From NCBI GenBank assembly GCA_964016885.1, contig OZ024740.1, forward strand, positions 417,756,001-417,820,000: 64,000 bases of DNA, written 5' to 3'. Positions within the stretch are counted from its first letter, which is position 1, and every line of letters starts with the position of its first letter. This document shows, piece by piece, positions 40,447-54,199 of the stretch. This stretch comes from Eledone cirrhosa (Eukaryota). The translations under genes and the position numbers were made by a program. The notes beneath the pieces were generated by a model. That model did not search any database and was not told where the DNA came from. It saw only the letters and a list, made by a program, of their open reading frames with translations.

Positions 40447-42388
40447 CACTGGTCAACAGCCAAAATGGTTCTTACATGTGAATATGTGCATCTTACATAT
40501 TCATAGCACTAAATTCAGTTTTGATATTCATTTTTTGCTATCGGACCAGAATGCCTTAATATGAGATCGAAAATATGTTCCTCTTATTGCATTATTTATC
40601 CATTGTGTAACATATGATGACTTAGATATAAACATATTAACTTATTAATAAAAATATATAAACATATTTTTATTTATTTATTTTAACACTTAGTATATTA
40701 ACAAAACATTCTGAACAACATTCTGAACATAATAAAATATTTTAAAACATTTCTAAAAAAATTTCTGGATTTTGCTTTTACGCTTGTTTTGCTGGCTCTC
40801 CTCATGTTGCAGTGTCCATCATGGTGGGATTGAACCGACCCTGATACCTACTCTCCATTATGGCAATGTCCTGGTGAAACCTCTCTCCATGTTCATTACT
40901 GATGTCTCCTAGATTACTTGGGATGAAATCCAGATGAGAATGGAAGAAATGAAGCTTCAACGACATTCGTGAACCCAGAGCGCGATAATTTTGTATCATG
41001 GTTTCAACAATTTCTTTATAGTTGTCTGCACGGTGGCTTCCAAGAAAGTTCTGTGTCACATCTACAAATGATTTCCATGCATTAGTTTCCAAAGGGTTTA
41101 GTGTTTTCGTAAACTGACTATCATTAACCAGCATACGAATCTGAGGACCATACAAAACCCCTGCTTTTAACTTTGCTTCAGATACCACTCTACCCAATTT
41201 CTTACACAAGTACTGATTCATGCTTTTAATAAAGTTTTTGGCCAAGCCTAATTTGAGATGTAATGGAGGGAGAAATACTTTTTCTGGATCCACGAGAGGT
41301 TTGTACAGACAGTTGAATCTACCGAGTGCATCCTTTGGTCTTGTTGGCCAATCCTTCTTCATGTAGTGCTCCGCATCTGCTCTACTATTCCACAAACATA
41401 GAAAACACATATGCTTTGTGTAACCAGTCTGAAGACCTAGAAGTAGACTAATTAAGTGGTTTATGACGATGACGAGCGGTTGTAATGCGGACGCCAGGTT
41501 CCAGCAGGTTTCATTGCTTCAGTCTTGTTCCCAGGATCTCTGCCTTTTCTTTAGACAAATGTAGGTCTCTAATGAGATCGTGAAGAGCTTCCTGGTTAAA
41601 TGGTATGGGTTCACTTGTTTCATGTTCGTCTTGATAGTCATCATCAATAGGGGTGCTACTGGAATCAGAATCAGCAGGTGGAACTGGAACAGGTAATTCA
41701 TCACTGTGAGGCACTGGTCGGATTGCTGACGAGATATCGGGGTATTGAAGTGTAGTTCGTGTCTTCACAGTTATTCCTTGGATGTTTATATGGCAGAAGT
41801 AGCAATCGTTATTGTGGTCTTTTGGTTCTCGCCACACCATTGGTACGGCAAATGGCAAACCAGAGCTTCGTTTCCCATTCTTCCATTCACTTAGGTGATT
41901 AACACATGACCTACACGCTATATGAGACGCCCATTTCTTGTCCTGGTCTCCTAATGGACATTTGAAGTAGCATTTGTAGTTTACTCGAACTGCTTTTGTG
42001 ATTGGTTTCTTTATGCTTTCTGGGGTAAAGAGTCCACAAATATAGCAAAATCGGTCCGGGTCATTTACACATTTCCGGCGTCCCATCTCTCCTACTAGTC
42101 AAAGTTGTTGTGAATTATCCAAGAATAGCTGAGGATAGTTACAATTCTGTGATCTGAAACAAAAGCAGTAAATATAAATTAGTTAACAACTAAATATAGT
42201 GGATACAATTGGATGAAGTAATATGAGCCACGTATCTATGGGTCATAAACATGGATACGCTGGCTCTCGAAAACTAGACCCGATACAGCTTAACCGTTGT
42301 CATATTCAGATTCTGCACACTTGATTACTCTAGAATCATACTAAATTATACCAGAACCATGAAATGAATATTTTTTTGTTGACCAGTG
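40447..42388 (-). mobile_element. Chapaev3-like (CMC superfamily) DNA transposon, internally deleted
   Basis: TIRs CACTGGTCAACA / TGTTGACCAGTG, a 3-bp TTA duplication on both flanks, and transposase fragments inside. Confidence 0.85.
40802..42086 (-). pseudogene. Chapaev3-like transposase, disrupted
   Basis: N-terminal CVNDPDRFCYICG, GDQDKKW..H..C..C and PMVWREP..H..DCYFC. C-terminal GYTKHMCFLCLW, PPLHLKLGL and EHGERFHQDI..ME.RYQG. Stop and apparent deletion around 41450-41511. Confidence 0.85.
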
Positions 42389-42424
42389 TTATCAGCCCTC
42401 CACTACAAATGTCAATGTTTAACA

Positions 42425-43027
42425 TTAGCCTAGTGGTAAATGTGTTGGCCTTACGATCAAAATGTTGTGGGTTCGATTCCTGGATTGGGTTGTGTGTTAT
42501 GTTCTTGAGCAAAACACTCCATTTCCCGTCACTTCAGTATACTCAGCTGAAAATGAGTACCAGTAATAGCTGGGGCTCAACCTTGTGATGGACTGATAAG
42601 CAAGGAGATGAGGCAACAACATATTTATCTATATATTCCTGGATTGGGTTGTGTGTTATGTTCTTGAGCAAAACACTCCATTTCCCGTCACTTCAGTATA
42701 CTCAGCTGAAAATGAGTACCAGTAATAGCTGGGGCTCAACCTTGTGATGGACTGATAAGCAAGGAGATGAGGCAACAACATATTTATCTATATATTCCTG
42801 GATTGGGTTGTGTGTTATGTTCTTGAGCAAAACACTCCATTTCCCGTCACTTCAGTATACTCAGCTGAAAATGAGTACCAGTAATAGCTGGGGCTCAACC
42901 TTGTGATGGACTGATAAGCAAGGAGATGAGGCAACAACATATTTATCTATATATTCCTGGATTGGGTTGTGTGTTATGTTCTTGAGCAAAACACTCCATT
43001 TCCCGTCACTTCAGTATACTCAGCTGA
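42425..43027 (+). repeat. CORE-SINE whose 3' part plus flank is tandemly amplified as a 159-bp unit (x3.5)
   Basis: TTCCTGGATTGGGTTGTGTG starts at 42477, 42636, 42795 and 42954. Confidence 0.93.
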
Positions 43028-43111
43028 GATATCCAAGTTACACTTTAAAATGTTTTTATTACATGTCTAATATTACATGTGTTTCGAATTATTGAATAAC
43101 CCCCCACACCC

Positions 43112-43180
<69 letters not shown>

Positions 43181-43386
43181 CAATTATAAGTTTGAAGAAT
43201 AGTCAGACAAAATGTATCCTATTTTTTCTTCTTAGTCCGTAGAAATTAACTAGATAAATAATCATTTAAACGGAGCTAAGTTTTAAATGTAACAAGTTTT
43301 AAATGTTATCGATATTCCTTTATGAGGAACAGTCAGATTTACCTAATATTTACTCTGAGACCGTAGAAAAAAAAATATATATATAT

Positions 43387-43440
<54 letters not shown>

Positions 43441-43444
<4 letters not shown>

Positions 43445-43618
43445 AAAAAGTATGACCCCGACGTTTCGACGGTTATTTCTGGAGTCCAGAAATAGCCGTC
43501 GAAACGGCTTGAGCTCTGCCGTCGGGGTCATACTTTTCCTATTTCCCACTCTACTACCCTAAGTATTGAGTACTCTGGTGCGTTATAGTCCATCTGGTTC
43601 CACACCACAATTCCTTTG

Positions 43619-43620
<2 letters not shown>
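43441..43620 (+). mobile_element. Palindromic element with the 3' half of an HHR, in (TA)n
   Basis: Inverted arms centred on CTGGAGTCCAG; GAAA-CGGC...GCCG-TC-GGGGT; unpaired tail to 43620. Confidence 0.8.
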
Positions 43621-43676
<56 letters not shown>

Positions 43677-43944
43677 GGAAAAAATGAAACGAAATTTCAT
43701 TTCCCACTCTTAGTACGGCTGTTACTTAAATATAAGTATGTACACGTACATACATATATGTATATAGACGTACAGTAGTATGTATATATATATATACATA
43801 CATGCACACATATATATATATATGTACGTATGGATTCACCGAACATTTATTATAATGCTCGGTGTGTTTGTAAACAAGCATCCCGTATTAAGCCGTAGTG
43901 TCCAGCAACCATCGTTGCTCGTTTGTTCAACATTGACAAAGGAA

Positions 43945-43985
43945 CGCTGTACTAGTTTCAAGCTTATTAGCTATCGTCAGCAACG
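43945..43985 (-). ncRNA. Minimal type-I hammerhead ribozyme
   Basis: CGTTG-CTGACGA-T-AGCT AATA AGCT-T-GAAA-CTAG-TA-CAGCG. Confidence 0.88.
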
Positions 43986-44283
43986 TATACCTTCCTGCCA
44001 GATTGTTGAACGTATATACTTACATATATATATATGTGTGCATGTATGTATATATATATACATACTACTGTACGTCTGTATACATATATGTATGTACGTA
44101 TACATACCTATATTTAAGTAACAGCCGTACTAAGAGTGGGAAATGAAATTTCGTTTCATTTTTTCCGTTTATCGTTTTCGGTGCACCCGACCGATTAACT
44201 CACTCGATATGCAAATTGGGCTACTCAGCCGTTAATATGCATAAGGTAAGTATATACGTTCAACAATCTGGCAGGAAGGTATA

Positions 44284-44324
44284 CGTTGCTGACGATAGCT
44301 AATAAGCTTGAAACTAGTTCAGCG
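44284..44324 (+). ncRNA. Minimal type-I hammerhead ribozyme (second copy)
   Basis: As 43945-43985 but with a GUU triplet. Confidence 0.82.
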
Positions 44325-44827
44325 TTCCTTTGTCAGTGTTGAACAAACGAACAGCGATGGTTGCTGGACACTACGGCTTAATACGGGATGTTTGTTTACA
44401 AACACACCGAGCATTATAATAAATGTTCGGTGAATCCATACGTACATATATATGTGTGCATGTATGTATATATATATATATACATACTACTGTACGTCTG
44501 TATACATATATGTATGTACGTGTACATACTTATATATATATATATACACATTCATGTATACATCGCTATTTCAGAGCACCAATTCTAATACCTAATTTTG
44601 TATAATCAGCTCTATAAGAATCCAGCTTCTTTAATTTTCGGCGGAAGCAGAGGAGTGCGTGGCCCTGATGAACGCCAAGCAGCGTGAAGGACATACTGTC
44701 AGCTTTTCTCCCTTCTTTCGTCGAAAAGAAGTAAGTGACACAGTCACTACTTTAAAACTAATAGCGTATAGTCTTCTAAATGTTTTAAACTAAACATACG
44801 GTATATTGCCAAATATACTATACATAC

Positions 44828-44886
<59 letters not shown>

Positions 44887-44984
44887 CTGAATACACACCT
44901 GTGTTTCCCCCTGTTTCCGCATTTTTCACCGTTCCTTCCTCTTATCACTCTTAACCTTCTATTTATCTTCTCTTTTTAACTCTA

Positions 44985-45020
44985 TCTTCTGATGAAGGAC
45001 TAGTGTCCGAAACGTTAAGA
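44985..45020 (+). ncRNA. Minimal type-I hammerhead in a solo pLTR-like element (44881-45115)
   Basis: TCTT-CTGATGA-A-GGAC TAGT GTCC-GAAA-CG-TT-AAGA. Family copies at 52608-52643 (-) and 58143-58178 (+). Confidence 0.82.
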
Positions 45021-45368
45021 CTCTCTTCCTGATATTTCAAGCGTTAAACGTTAAACTAATATATTTCTTCAATGTACTGTATCTTTTCTTTTATTATTTC
45101 TGTTTACTTTTTACACACAGACACACACATACATATATATTGTAACTGGCTTAACTGACTGATATGGCTGGCATTGGCGGGTACATCCCAACCGTTTAAC
45201 AACAGTGGGTGGAATGGCGCGATGAGTCGATTGTCAATCTCAACATCTTTAAACTGTTTCGTTTGTTGTACAGAGCAGGGAACCAGCTAAAATATATACT
45301 TAGAAAACTATATGTACGAAGAGAATTCACACACTCACGCACGTACACACACACACACACACACACAG

Positions 45369-45401
<33 letters not shown>

Positions 45402-45720
45402 TACACATAGACACACGCAATACACAAAACACACAGATTCACACACATGTATAATTGCATACACGCACACATACACATGCATACATACGAACACATACAT
45501 ACATACATACATACATACACGCGCATACAAACACACACACACGCATACAAACAGACGTACATACACACACTCACACACACACGCATACATATATACACAC
45601 ACACTAGAAGAGATGGAAGGAGAAAGAGACTTGTAAGAATGCATATGACCGACTTACTCGTGGCTGTTCTTTTTTATATTTATTTATTTATCTAGATATT
45701 TATTTAATCAATTTAGTTGT

Positions 45721-46187
45721 CCGTATAGAGCTAGTAAGCCATAGCAGACTAGGGGAAGTATCTAGTACTTCTTATAGTTGAGAAACTAATCAATTTAACG
45801 TTCGTATAGAGCTAGTAAGCCATAGCAGACTAGGGGAAGTATCTAGTATTTCTTACAGTTGAGAAACTAATCAATTTAACGTCCGTATAGAGCTAGTAAG
45901 CCATAGCAGACTAGGGGAAGTATCTAGTACTTCTTACAGTTGAGAAACTAATCAATTTAACGTCCGTATAGAGCTAGTAAGCCATAGCAGACTAGGGGAA
46001 GTATCTAGTACTTCTTATAGTTGAGAAACTAATCAATTTAACGTCCGTATAGAGCTAGTAAGCCATAGCAGACTAGGGGAAGTATCTAGTACTTCTTATA
46101 GTTGAGAAACTAATCAATTTAACGTCCGTATAGAGCTAGTAAGCCATAGCAGACTAGGGGAAGTATCTAGTACATTTTACAGTTGAG
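45721..46187 (+). repeat. 81-bp tandem repeat (~6 copies)
   Basis: CGTATAGAGCTAGTAAGCCATAGCAGACTAGGGGAAG... at 45722, 45803, 45884, 45965, 46046 and 46127. Confidence 0.96.
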
Positions 46188-46314
46188 AAGCAAAAAACAA
46201 GATAAACAGAGATAAGTGTATACAAAAATAAAAATTAAAAAAATATATATATATATAATAAAATAAAATAATTTAATTATTAAATCGGCCATTTTGCAGA
46301 AACCCAACATATCT

Positions 46315-46383
<69 letters not shown>

Positions 46384-46384
46384 T

Positions 46385-46581
46385 ATAACGTAGGAAATGT
46401 GGTAGGGAACCAGGTGGACCATAACGCACCAAAGTACTCAATACTTAGGGTAGTAGAGTGGGTAATAGGAACGAGTAGGACCCCGACGGCTGAGCTCAAG
46501 CCGTTTCGACGGGTAATTCTGGAATGAGTCCAAAATTAGCCGTCGAAACGGCTTGAGCTCAGCCGTCGGAGTCCTACTCGT

Positions 46582-46586
<5 letters not shown>
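46385..46586 (-). mobile_element. Palindromic HHR-half element (family of 43441), in (TA)n
   Basis: Tail on the left; inverted arms around CTGGAATGAGTCCAA, which retains ATGAG of the core. Confidence 0.8.
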
Positions 46587-46635
<49 letters not shown>

Positions 46636-46800
46636 TCCTCCTTTCGTGGATCGTGGTTGTCTCCCCTTCCCGCTTAGTGACGCTATAATACTTCCTCAGT
46701 CAAAAACTGCTGGAATTTCAGATGCGGGATTGAGCAACTTAACGGACACGATTTTTAACTGTGGTAAGAAATGTTTTTCTTATATCAAAGTTTATTGGGC

Positions 46801-46925
46801 TTCCACTGATGATTTATAAACGCCCACCTAAATATATTCTTACATGAATGTATATTAGGCTGCTACATAAACTGGAAATATTCTCCGAATTTGTAGAAAA
46901 CTTATAATGAAACAATTGTTTGGAA
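46801..46925 (+). ncRNA. Type-I hammerhead with ~95-nt helix II domain
   Basis: TTCCA-CTGATGA-TTTATAA...TTATAAT-GAAA-CAATTG-TT-TGGAA. Confidence 0.75.
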
Positions 46926-47109
46926 AGAGAGATATATTTTAACTTTAATTATATCTCATAAAATAATACAACTGACTTTTCCACATAATACATATTGTTC
47001 GCACCCCAAACACTTAAATTGGGTTTATATTAAAATATAACCTAATGTTTGTTGAGTGAGATGGTTACCAGTCAGAGATTAGCTTTAAACTATCTCTGTT
47101 ATTGTATTA

Positions 47110-47169
<60 letters not shown>

Positions 47170-47241
47170 TATATATATATTATATATATAATATATATAT
47201 ATATAATATATATATAATATATATATATATATAATATATAT

Positions 47242-47273
<32 letters not shown>

Positions 47274-47279
47274 ATATAT

Positions 47280-47486
<207 letters not shown>

Positions 47487-48379
47487 GAAACAATTGTTTG
47501 GAAAGAGAGATATATTTTAAGTTTAATTATATCTCATAAAATAATACAACTGGCTTTTCCACATAATACATATTGTTAGCAGCCCAAACACTTAAATTGG
47601 GTTTATATTAAAATATAACCTAATGTTTGTTGAGTGAGATGGTTACCAGTCAGAGATTAGCTTTAAACTATCTCTGTTATTGTATTAATATTTTACTCTT
47701 GATTGGCCAGAGGTGTTTATTTCCAGGTACCTTATAAATTTGACTTTCCGTATTTATTACTGTTGTGCGATATTGTGGTTTTTATTGGTTGTAACTTCTC
47801 TGTCTTTTAGCCTAAGAAAATATATATATGCCTATGTATATAATTACATGCATACATTTATTTTTTTTTATTAATTGAGTTCTTTACACGAGGAATTGAT
47901 ATTAGTTTTGAAATAACTAATTAACCCGCGTGTGTTTTATATTTTACTCTTAATTCGGCCGGAGATTTACATTCCCATTTGCCCTTTAAAGCATAACTTT
48001 CCGTATTTACTACGGTTACGAGATGCGGTTTCTTATTCAGGTACAACCTCTGTTTTTAGCCTAAGAAAATATCTATATGCGTGTGTAATTTATACACGCA
48101 TATATTTATTTTTTTAATTTCAATTGAGTTCTTAACACGTTGGATTGATAATGTTTTCGAAAAAACTGATTAACCCGCGTGTATATTATTATTTTTTTTC
48201 CTCCTTTCGTGGATCGTGGTTGTCTCCCCTTCCTGCTTAGTGACGCTATAATACTTCCTCAGTCAAAAACTGCTGGAATTTCAAATTTGCCGGTCATTCG
48301 ATGCGGGATTGAGCAACTTAACGGACACGATTTTTAACTGTGGTAAGAAATGTTTTTCTTATATCAAAGTTTATTGGGC

Positions 48380-48504
48380 TTCCACTGATGATTTATAAGC
48401 GCCCACCTAAATATATTCTTACATGAATGTATATTAGGCTTCTACATAAACTGGAAATATTCTCCGAATTTGTAGAAAACTTATAATGAAACAATTGTTT
48501 GGAA
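48380..48504 (+). ncRNA. Type-I hammerhead, second copy of 46801-46925
   Basis: Same helix I, core and helix III. Confidence 0.75.
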
Positions 48505-48688
48505 AAAGAGATATATTTTAACTTTAATTATATCTCATAAAATAATACAACTGGCTTTTCCACATAATACATATTGTTAGCACCCCAAACACTTAAATTG
48601 GGTTTATATTAAAATATAACCTAATGTTTGTTGAGTGAGATGGTTACCAGTCAGAGATTAGCTTTAAACTATCTCTGTTATTGTATTA

Positions 48689-49585
<897 letters not shown>

Positions 49586-49628
49586 CGATTTTAAATAAAT
49601 GGAAACTATATTTATAAAACCATATTTA

Positions 49629-49690
49629 TTTCATTATATATATTTCAGGGATATCATATTAAAAATATGGTATGCCTTCTTCAGACAAAA
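49629..49690 (-). ncRNA. Type-I hammerhead candidate
   Basis: TTTTGT-CTGAAGA-AGG..CATATT/AATATG..CCT-GAAA-TATATA-TA-ATGAAA. Helix I relies on G-U pairs. Confidence 0.62.
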
Positions 49691-49935
49691 TACAATATAA
49701 ACAGTCTTATAAATAGATAGATTTGACATACCTTACAACTTCAACTTCCATTTAAAAAGTTGATTTGGTAGTGAAAAATGTTAGGGACAGTTATAAAAAG
49801 AAAGAAAGAAAAAAAAGCGAAGAAAAAGAAGAAATGCATGTAACTAAATAGAGAGAGATAGATATAGAGAAGAAATTCATGTAAAGAAACAGAGAGAGAT
49901 AGATAGAGAGAGAAAAAACACAGAGGGAGATAGAT

Positions 49936-50001
<66 letters not shown>

Positions 50002-50757
50002 AATAGAGAGAGATAGATATAGATAGAGATAGAGAGAAGAAAATAGGTAGTTGGGCACCAGTTGAATGACGTATCAATGATATATTTATTTATTATTTAT
50101 TTATTAGTTCTAGTATTAAGGTAGAGAGAGATATATGTGGTTAGGAGAGAAACAGCCGTTACATAGAGAAAAGAAAAATATCCAGAGATAAACGAGGCAG
50201 ATTTAAAACATTATGTTTCATCAATGTAAAAATATCAATTCGTATGAATTAAGTATTATAATGGTAAATATCAGTATTCATGAATGAGACACGTATCAAT
50301 AATGTGTGAAAAATAATGATTCATATGTCTAGTTTAAAATTCCTAGGTTTATATCAGAGCTGAGATAAAAAACTGAGATAAAAAACTTCAAAAAAATTGA
50401 ATACATAAGTATATATGCACTTTCATGAAAAAAGAAAAAGAAAAAGAAAATAGAAGGTTATCCCAGATTCGATACTATAGACTTCCATGTGAATTTACGT
50501 GATCAACTCTGCAAATTCCTATTTCCCATGAAAACATTCTCATTGTGCTATAAAAATTCTAGTATACATATATGTGTACATACACACAAATATATATAGA
50601 ATCTACATTAATTTTAACAATACTATTCTAATAAAAAGATTTTCGACGAAAAAGCCCAGTATTACAATGAAGCGTTAGCTAGAGCAGGATATAGTGATAA
50701 AATTATGTACATAGATAATAATAGACAAACTAACCAAAATAACAACAATTTTAATTA

Positions 50758-50807
<50 letters not shown>

Positions 50808-50812
<5 letters not shown>

Positions 50813-50985
50813 TTCTACAGGACTAGAACTGTTTCATTCATTAGAAATCATCAGGAATCTGATGATTTCTAATGAATGAAACAGTTCTAGTCCTGTAGAA
50901 TCTCATCTATATTAAAACTGTTATACTCTGCTATGTATTGAGTACCTTACTTACTGTGGTTACCTCCGATTCAACCCGGAATAAC

Positions 50986-50986
<1 letters not shown>
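50808..50986 (+). mobile_element. Palindromic HHR element in (TA)n
   Basis: Arms 50808-50854 and 50859-50905, followed by a ~80-bp unpaired tail. Confidence 0.85.
50810..50860 (-). ncRNA. Type-I hammerhead ribozyme (mirror copy at 50859-50903 lacks the 5' strand of helix I)
   Basis: AGATTC-CTGATGA-T-TTC TAAT GAA-T-GAAA-CAG TTCTAGTC CTG-TA-GAATCT. Perfect 6-bp helix I, GUA site. Confidence 0.88.
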
Positions 50987-51038
<52 letters not shown>

Positions 51039-51070
51039 TATATATAATATATATATACAAATATATATAT

Positions 51071-51685
51071 AACTGTAACTGTGGTTTAACTGTGGTTTAA
51101 CTGTAATTTAACTGTAGTTTAACTGTAGTTACTGTGGTGTAACTGTGGTGTAACTGTGATTTAACTGTAGTGTAACTGTGGTTTAACTGTGGTTTAACTG
51201 TGGTTTAACTGTGGTTTAACTGTGGTTTAACTGTAGTTTAACCTTGGTGTAACTGTGGTTTAACTGTGGTTTAACTGTGGTTTAACTGTAATTTAACTGT
51301 AGTTTAACTGTAGTTTAATTGTGGTGTAACTGTGGTTTAACTGTAGTTTAACTGTGGTTTAACTGTAGTTTAACTGTGGTTTAACTGTAATTTAACTGTA
51401 GTTTAACTGTAGTTACTGTGGTTTAACTGTGGTGTAACTGTGGTTTAACTGTAGTGTAACTGTGGTTTAACTGTAGTTTAACTGTGGTTTAACTGTGGTG
51501 TAACTGTGGTTTAACTGTGGTTTAACTGTAGTTTAACCTTGGTTTAACTGTGGTGTAACTGTGGTGTAACTGTGGTTTAACTGTAATTTAACTGTGGTTT
51601 AACTGTGGTTTAACTGTGGTTTAACTGTGGTTTAACTGTAGTTTAACTGTAGTTTAACCTTGGTGTAACTGTGGTTTAACTGTGG
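51071..51685 (+). repeat. 11-bp minisatellite (AACTGTGGTTT)n
   Basis: About 55 units with G/A and T/G variants. Confidence 0.96.
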
Positions 51686-52309
51686 AACACCTGGAATCCT
51701 ATGAAGTTTCACCGAATTCTGATACCTCCTGTCTTTATTGACGTGAGTATATCTGATACAGAAAAATTTAGGTGGAACTACACACACACATATATAAAGA
51801 GAGGAGAGGCAGTGTGTGGGTGTGTGCATGCGTGTATGTGTGTGTCTGTGTTTGTGTGTGTGTGTGTATATATATGTGTGTAGGGTGTATATGTGTGTGA
51901 GTGTGTGTCTGTATCTATGTATGTGTGTGTTTGGTGTGTGTGTCTACTGACTGGCAGAGTCACAGAAACAAATTAACCAAAAAGGAAAGGGCCATCTTTT
52001 GGGATTTGACAGTATTTCTGTATCTACGCCTGACCAGAACTTGGAGCAAACCAATGAAGCTACAATAAGAAACTTGCATTAATGAAAGAGATGAGCTACT
52101 GGGAAAAGCTGAAAAAATGAAAAACTTCACCACAGCATCCCACTCCACCTCACCCAAACCAGGGGAATTGCTACCCTGTCCCAACAGCTGACTTCCTAAT
52201 GATCCGGCCACCAAAGTGCTTCTCAACCATGATAATCAAAGACAGATCATACATCTGAAGAAGTTTCTGGTTTCACTCTCCAGCGATAGCTTATCTGACT
52301 TTAATAGAA

Positions 52310-52515
52310 TGTGTTTCTAGTCCAAGTGGAAGCACTTTGGGGAAGAGGAAAGTCAATTACATCGACCCCACTGCATGACTGGTACTTTATTTTATCGACC
52401 CCGTAAGGATGAAAGGCAAAGTTAACCTCGGCGGGATGTGAACTCAGATCATAAAGGGCCGTAACTCTATATTGCAAAGCATGGCGTCCAACCTGATACT
52501 GCCAATCCACCACCC
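52310..52515 (-). mobile_element. MetaSINE-like SINE
   Basis: Same family as 24000-24215. Confidence 0.8.
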
Positions 52516-52607
52516 AAATATCATATATATATATAAATAGAAATAACAAAGTAAACGACACTGTACAATGAAAAAATATATTAGTCTTACGCTTAATATA
52601 GTAGGAG

Positions 52608-52643
52608 TCTTAACATTTCGGACACTAGTTCTTCATCAGAAAA
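52608..52643 (-). ncRNA. Minimal hammerhead, decayed copy of the 44985 family
   Basis: TTTT-CTGATGA-AGAACTAGTGTCC-GAAA-TG-TT-AAGA. Confidence 0.65.
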
Positions 52644-52684
52644 TAAAATGAGAAATTAAAGAAAAAATTATATATATATATATA

Positions 52685-53231
52685 TAGTGTACCCCCATTC
52701 GCGGTCCCGATATTCGCAGGATTTTCCTTAGAACCTAACTGATAGTTGTTCGCGGAAACCAGAGCATATTCGTGGAATCGTAAATATCTTTCGCGATTTT
52801 TTAAATGGCTTATTTCGTGGCAATATATGTATTGGATTGGCAGTATCGGTAGAGGGTCGGACGCCATGCTTTCCAGCATAGTTACGTCCCTTTACGATCT
52901 GAGTTCAAATCCCGCCGAGGTTGACTTTGCCTTTCATCCTTACGGGGTCGATAAAATATAGTACCAGTAATACACTGGGTAATTGCTGGCCTTGTGCCTA
53001 ACGTAGAAACAATATATGTATTTTTTAACGCTAAATTATTAACAACAATATACCGTATTTGCCGGCCAATTCGACGCCCCTTCACATAAGACGCTCCCTC
53101 TTTTTTATTATATTTTACATTATATTTTGCAGTTTATAGGCATTTTTATGGTCCACGTCCAATATTCGCGGTTTTTCACTCTTGGCAGGTGCTCTAGGAA
53201 CGTAACCCCAGCGAATACCACGGAACAACTG
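52685..53231. mobile_element. Degenerate Tc1/mariner (pogo/Tigger-like) MITE carrying a nested SINE
   Basis: Imperfect TIRs (YAGTG..CCCC.ATTCGCGG / GCGAATACC..ACAACTG) within TA tracts. Confidence 0.5.
52834..53009 (+). mobile_element. MetaSINE-like SINE with 13-bp TSD
   Basis: TSD CAATATATGTATT at 52821-52833 and 53010-53022. Confidence 0.9.
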
Positions 53232-53269
53232 TATATATATATATATATATTTTTTTTTTTTTCGGACCG

Positions 53270-53440
53270 AGGAAACAATGTTTCCGTTGGTCTTTCCAAT
53301 TACTAATGCTATCTATCGGTCGCAACTCCAGGTAGAAGGACCAAGTGTCTTCCTCAAGGACATAACGCATCGCCTGCTCCACGAATCGAACTGATAACCT
53401 CACGATTGCGAATCCAGCTCTCTAACCATACACCTTCACA
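53270..53440 (-). mobile_element. CORE-type SINE, degenerate
   Basis: Minus strand TGGTTAGAGAGCTGGATTCGCAATCGTGAGG...GTTCGATTC...TCCTTGAGGAAGACACTT. Confidence 0.65.
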
Positions 53441-53511
53441 CACACACTATATATATATATATGTATGTATGTATGTTTGTATATACACATGTATGTATGT
53501 ATGTATGTATG

Positions 53512-53584
<73 letters not shown>

Positions 53585-53593
<9 letters not shown>

Positions 53594-54062
53594 TAAAAAA
53601 ATAATGAATAAAACAATGAAACAGTTCCTTATATTAAACAAAAAAAGTTCATTATTTAACGATCGTTTCTGGGATATATATGTGTTAGAATTGGCATGTA
53701 TATTTAACAGATCTATGTACAAAATTATACAAAATTATACAAACTATCAAAATTAAATATACATACCAACTCATATATATGCCGTCTTCAGAAATAATCT
53801 GAAATAATCTTAAATATACATGCCAATTCTAACACATATATATCCCAGAAACGATCGTTAAATAATGAACTTTTTTTGTTTAATATAAGGAACTGTTTCA
53901 TTGTTTTATTCATTATTTTTTTAATATTTTATCTTGACTCTGTATTCCGTTTATCTTTCACCGAAAGTGATTTTTCATTGCATCTCTTCTTTCCATGATA
54001 TCCGGATTACATTGAGTTCTTCATACGGATTGGACACTACCGTAAACTCTTGGTAGATTTAT
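53585..54062 (+). mobile_element. Palindromic HHR element in (TA)n
   Basis: Arms ~53585-53707 and ~53810-53932, followed by a ~130-bp unpaired tail. Confidence 0.82.
53652..53797 (-). ncRNA. Type-I hammerhead with very long helix II
   Basis: TTATTT-CTGAAGA-[...AGTTGGTATGTATATTTAA loop TTAAATATACATGCCAATT...]-GAAA-CGATCG-TT-AAATAA. Confidence 0.72.
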
Positions 54063-54067
54063 CTATA

Positions 54068-54109
<42 letters not shown>

Positions 54110-54199
54110 TTATCAGGTCATTAAGTGTGAAATGTTCCATTTCAAATTGAAAATGTTTAAGGACATTGGAAATTTCATATTTAAGGAGCTGATATATAT

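Larger units (their letters stand above)
43672..44535. mobile_element. Inverted plus tandem array of a ~420-bp HHR-bearing monomer
   Basis: Minus copy 43672-44023, truncated plus copy ~44030-44236 with tail, and a second plus copy ~44240-44535. Confidence 0.85.

Noticed and set aside
44661-44704. Additional hammerhead (CTGATGA-ACGC..GCGT-GAAG)
   Set aside because: Core and helix II are present, but GAAA is altered and helix I/III do not pair convincingly; at best a decayed copy.
51071-51685. Interstitial telomeric repeat
   Set aside because: The unit AACTGTGGTTT does not match TTAGGG-type repeats.
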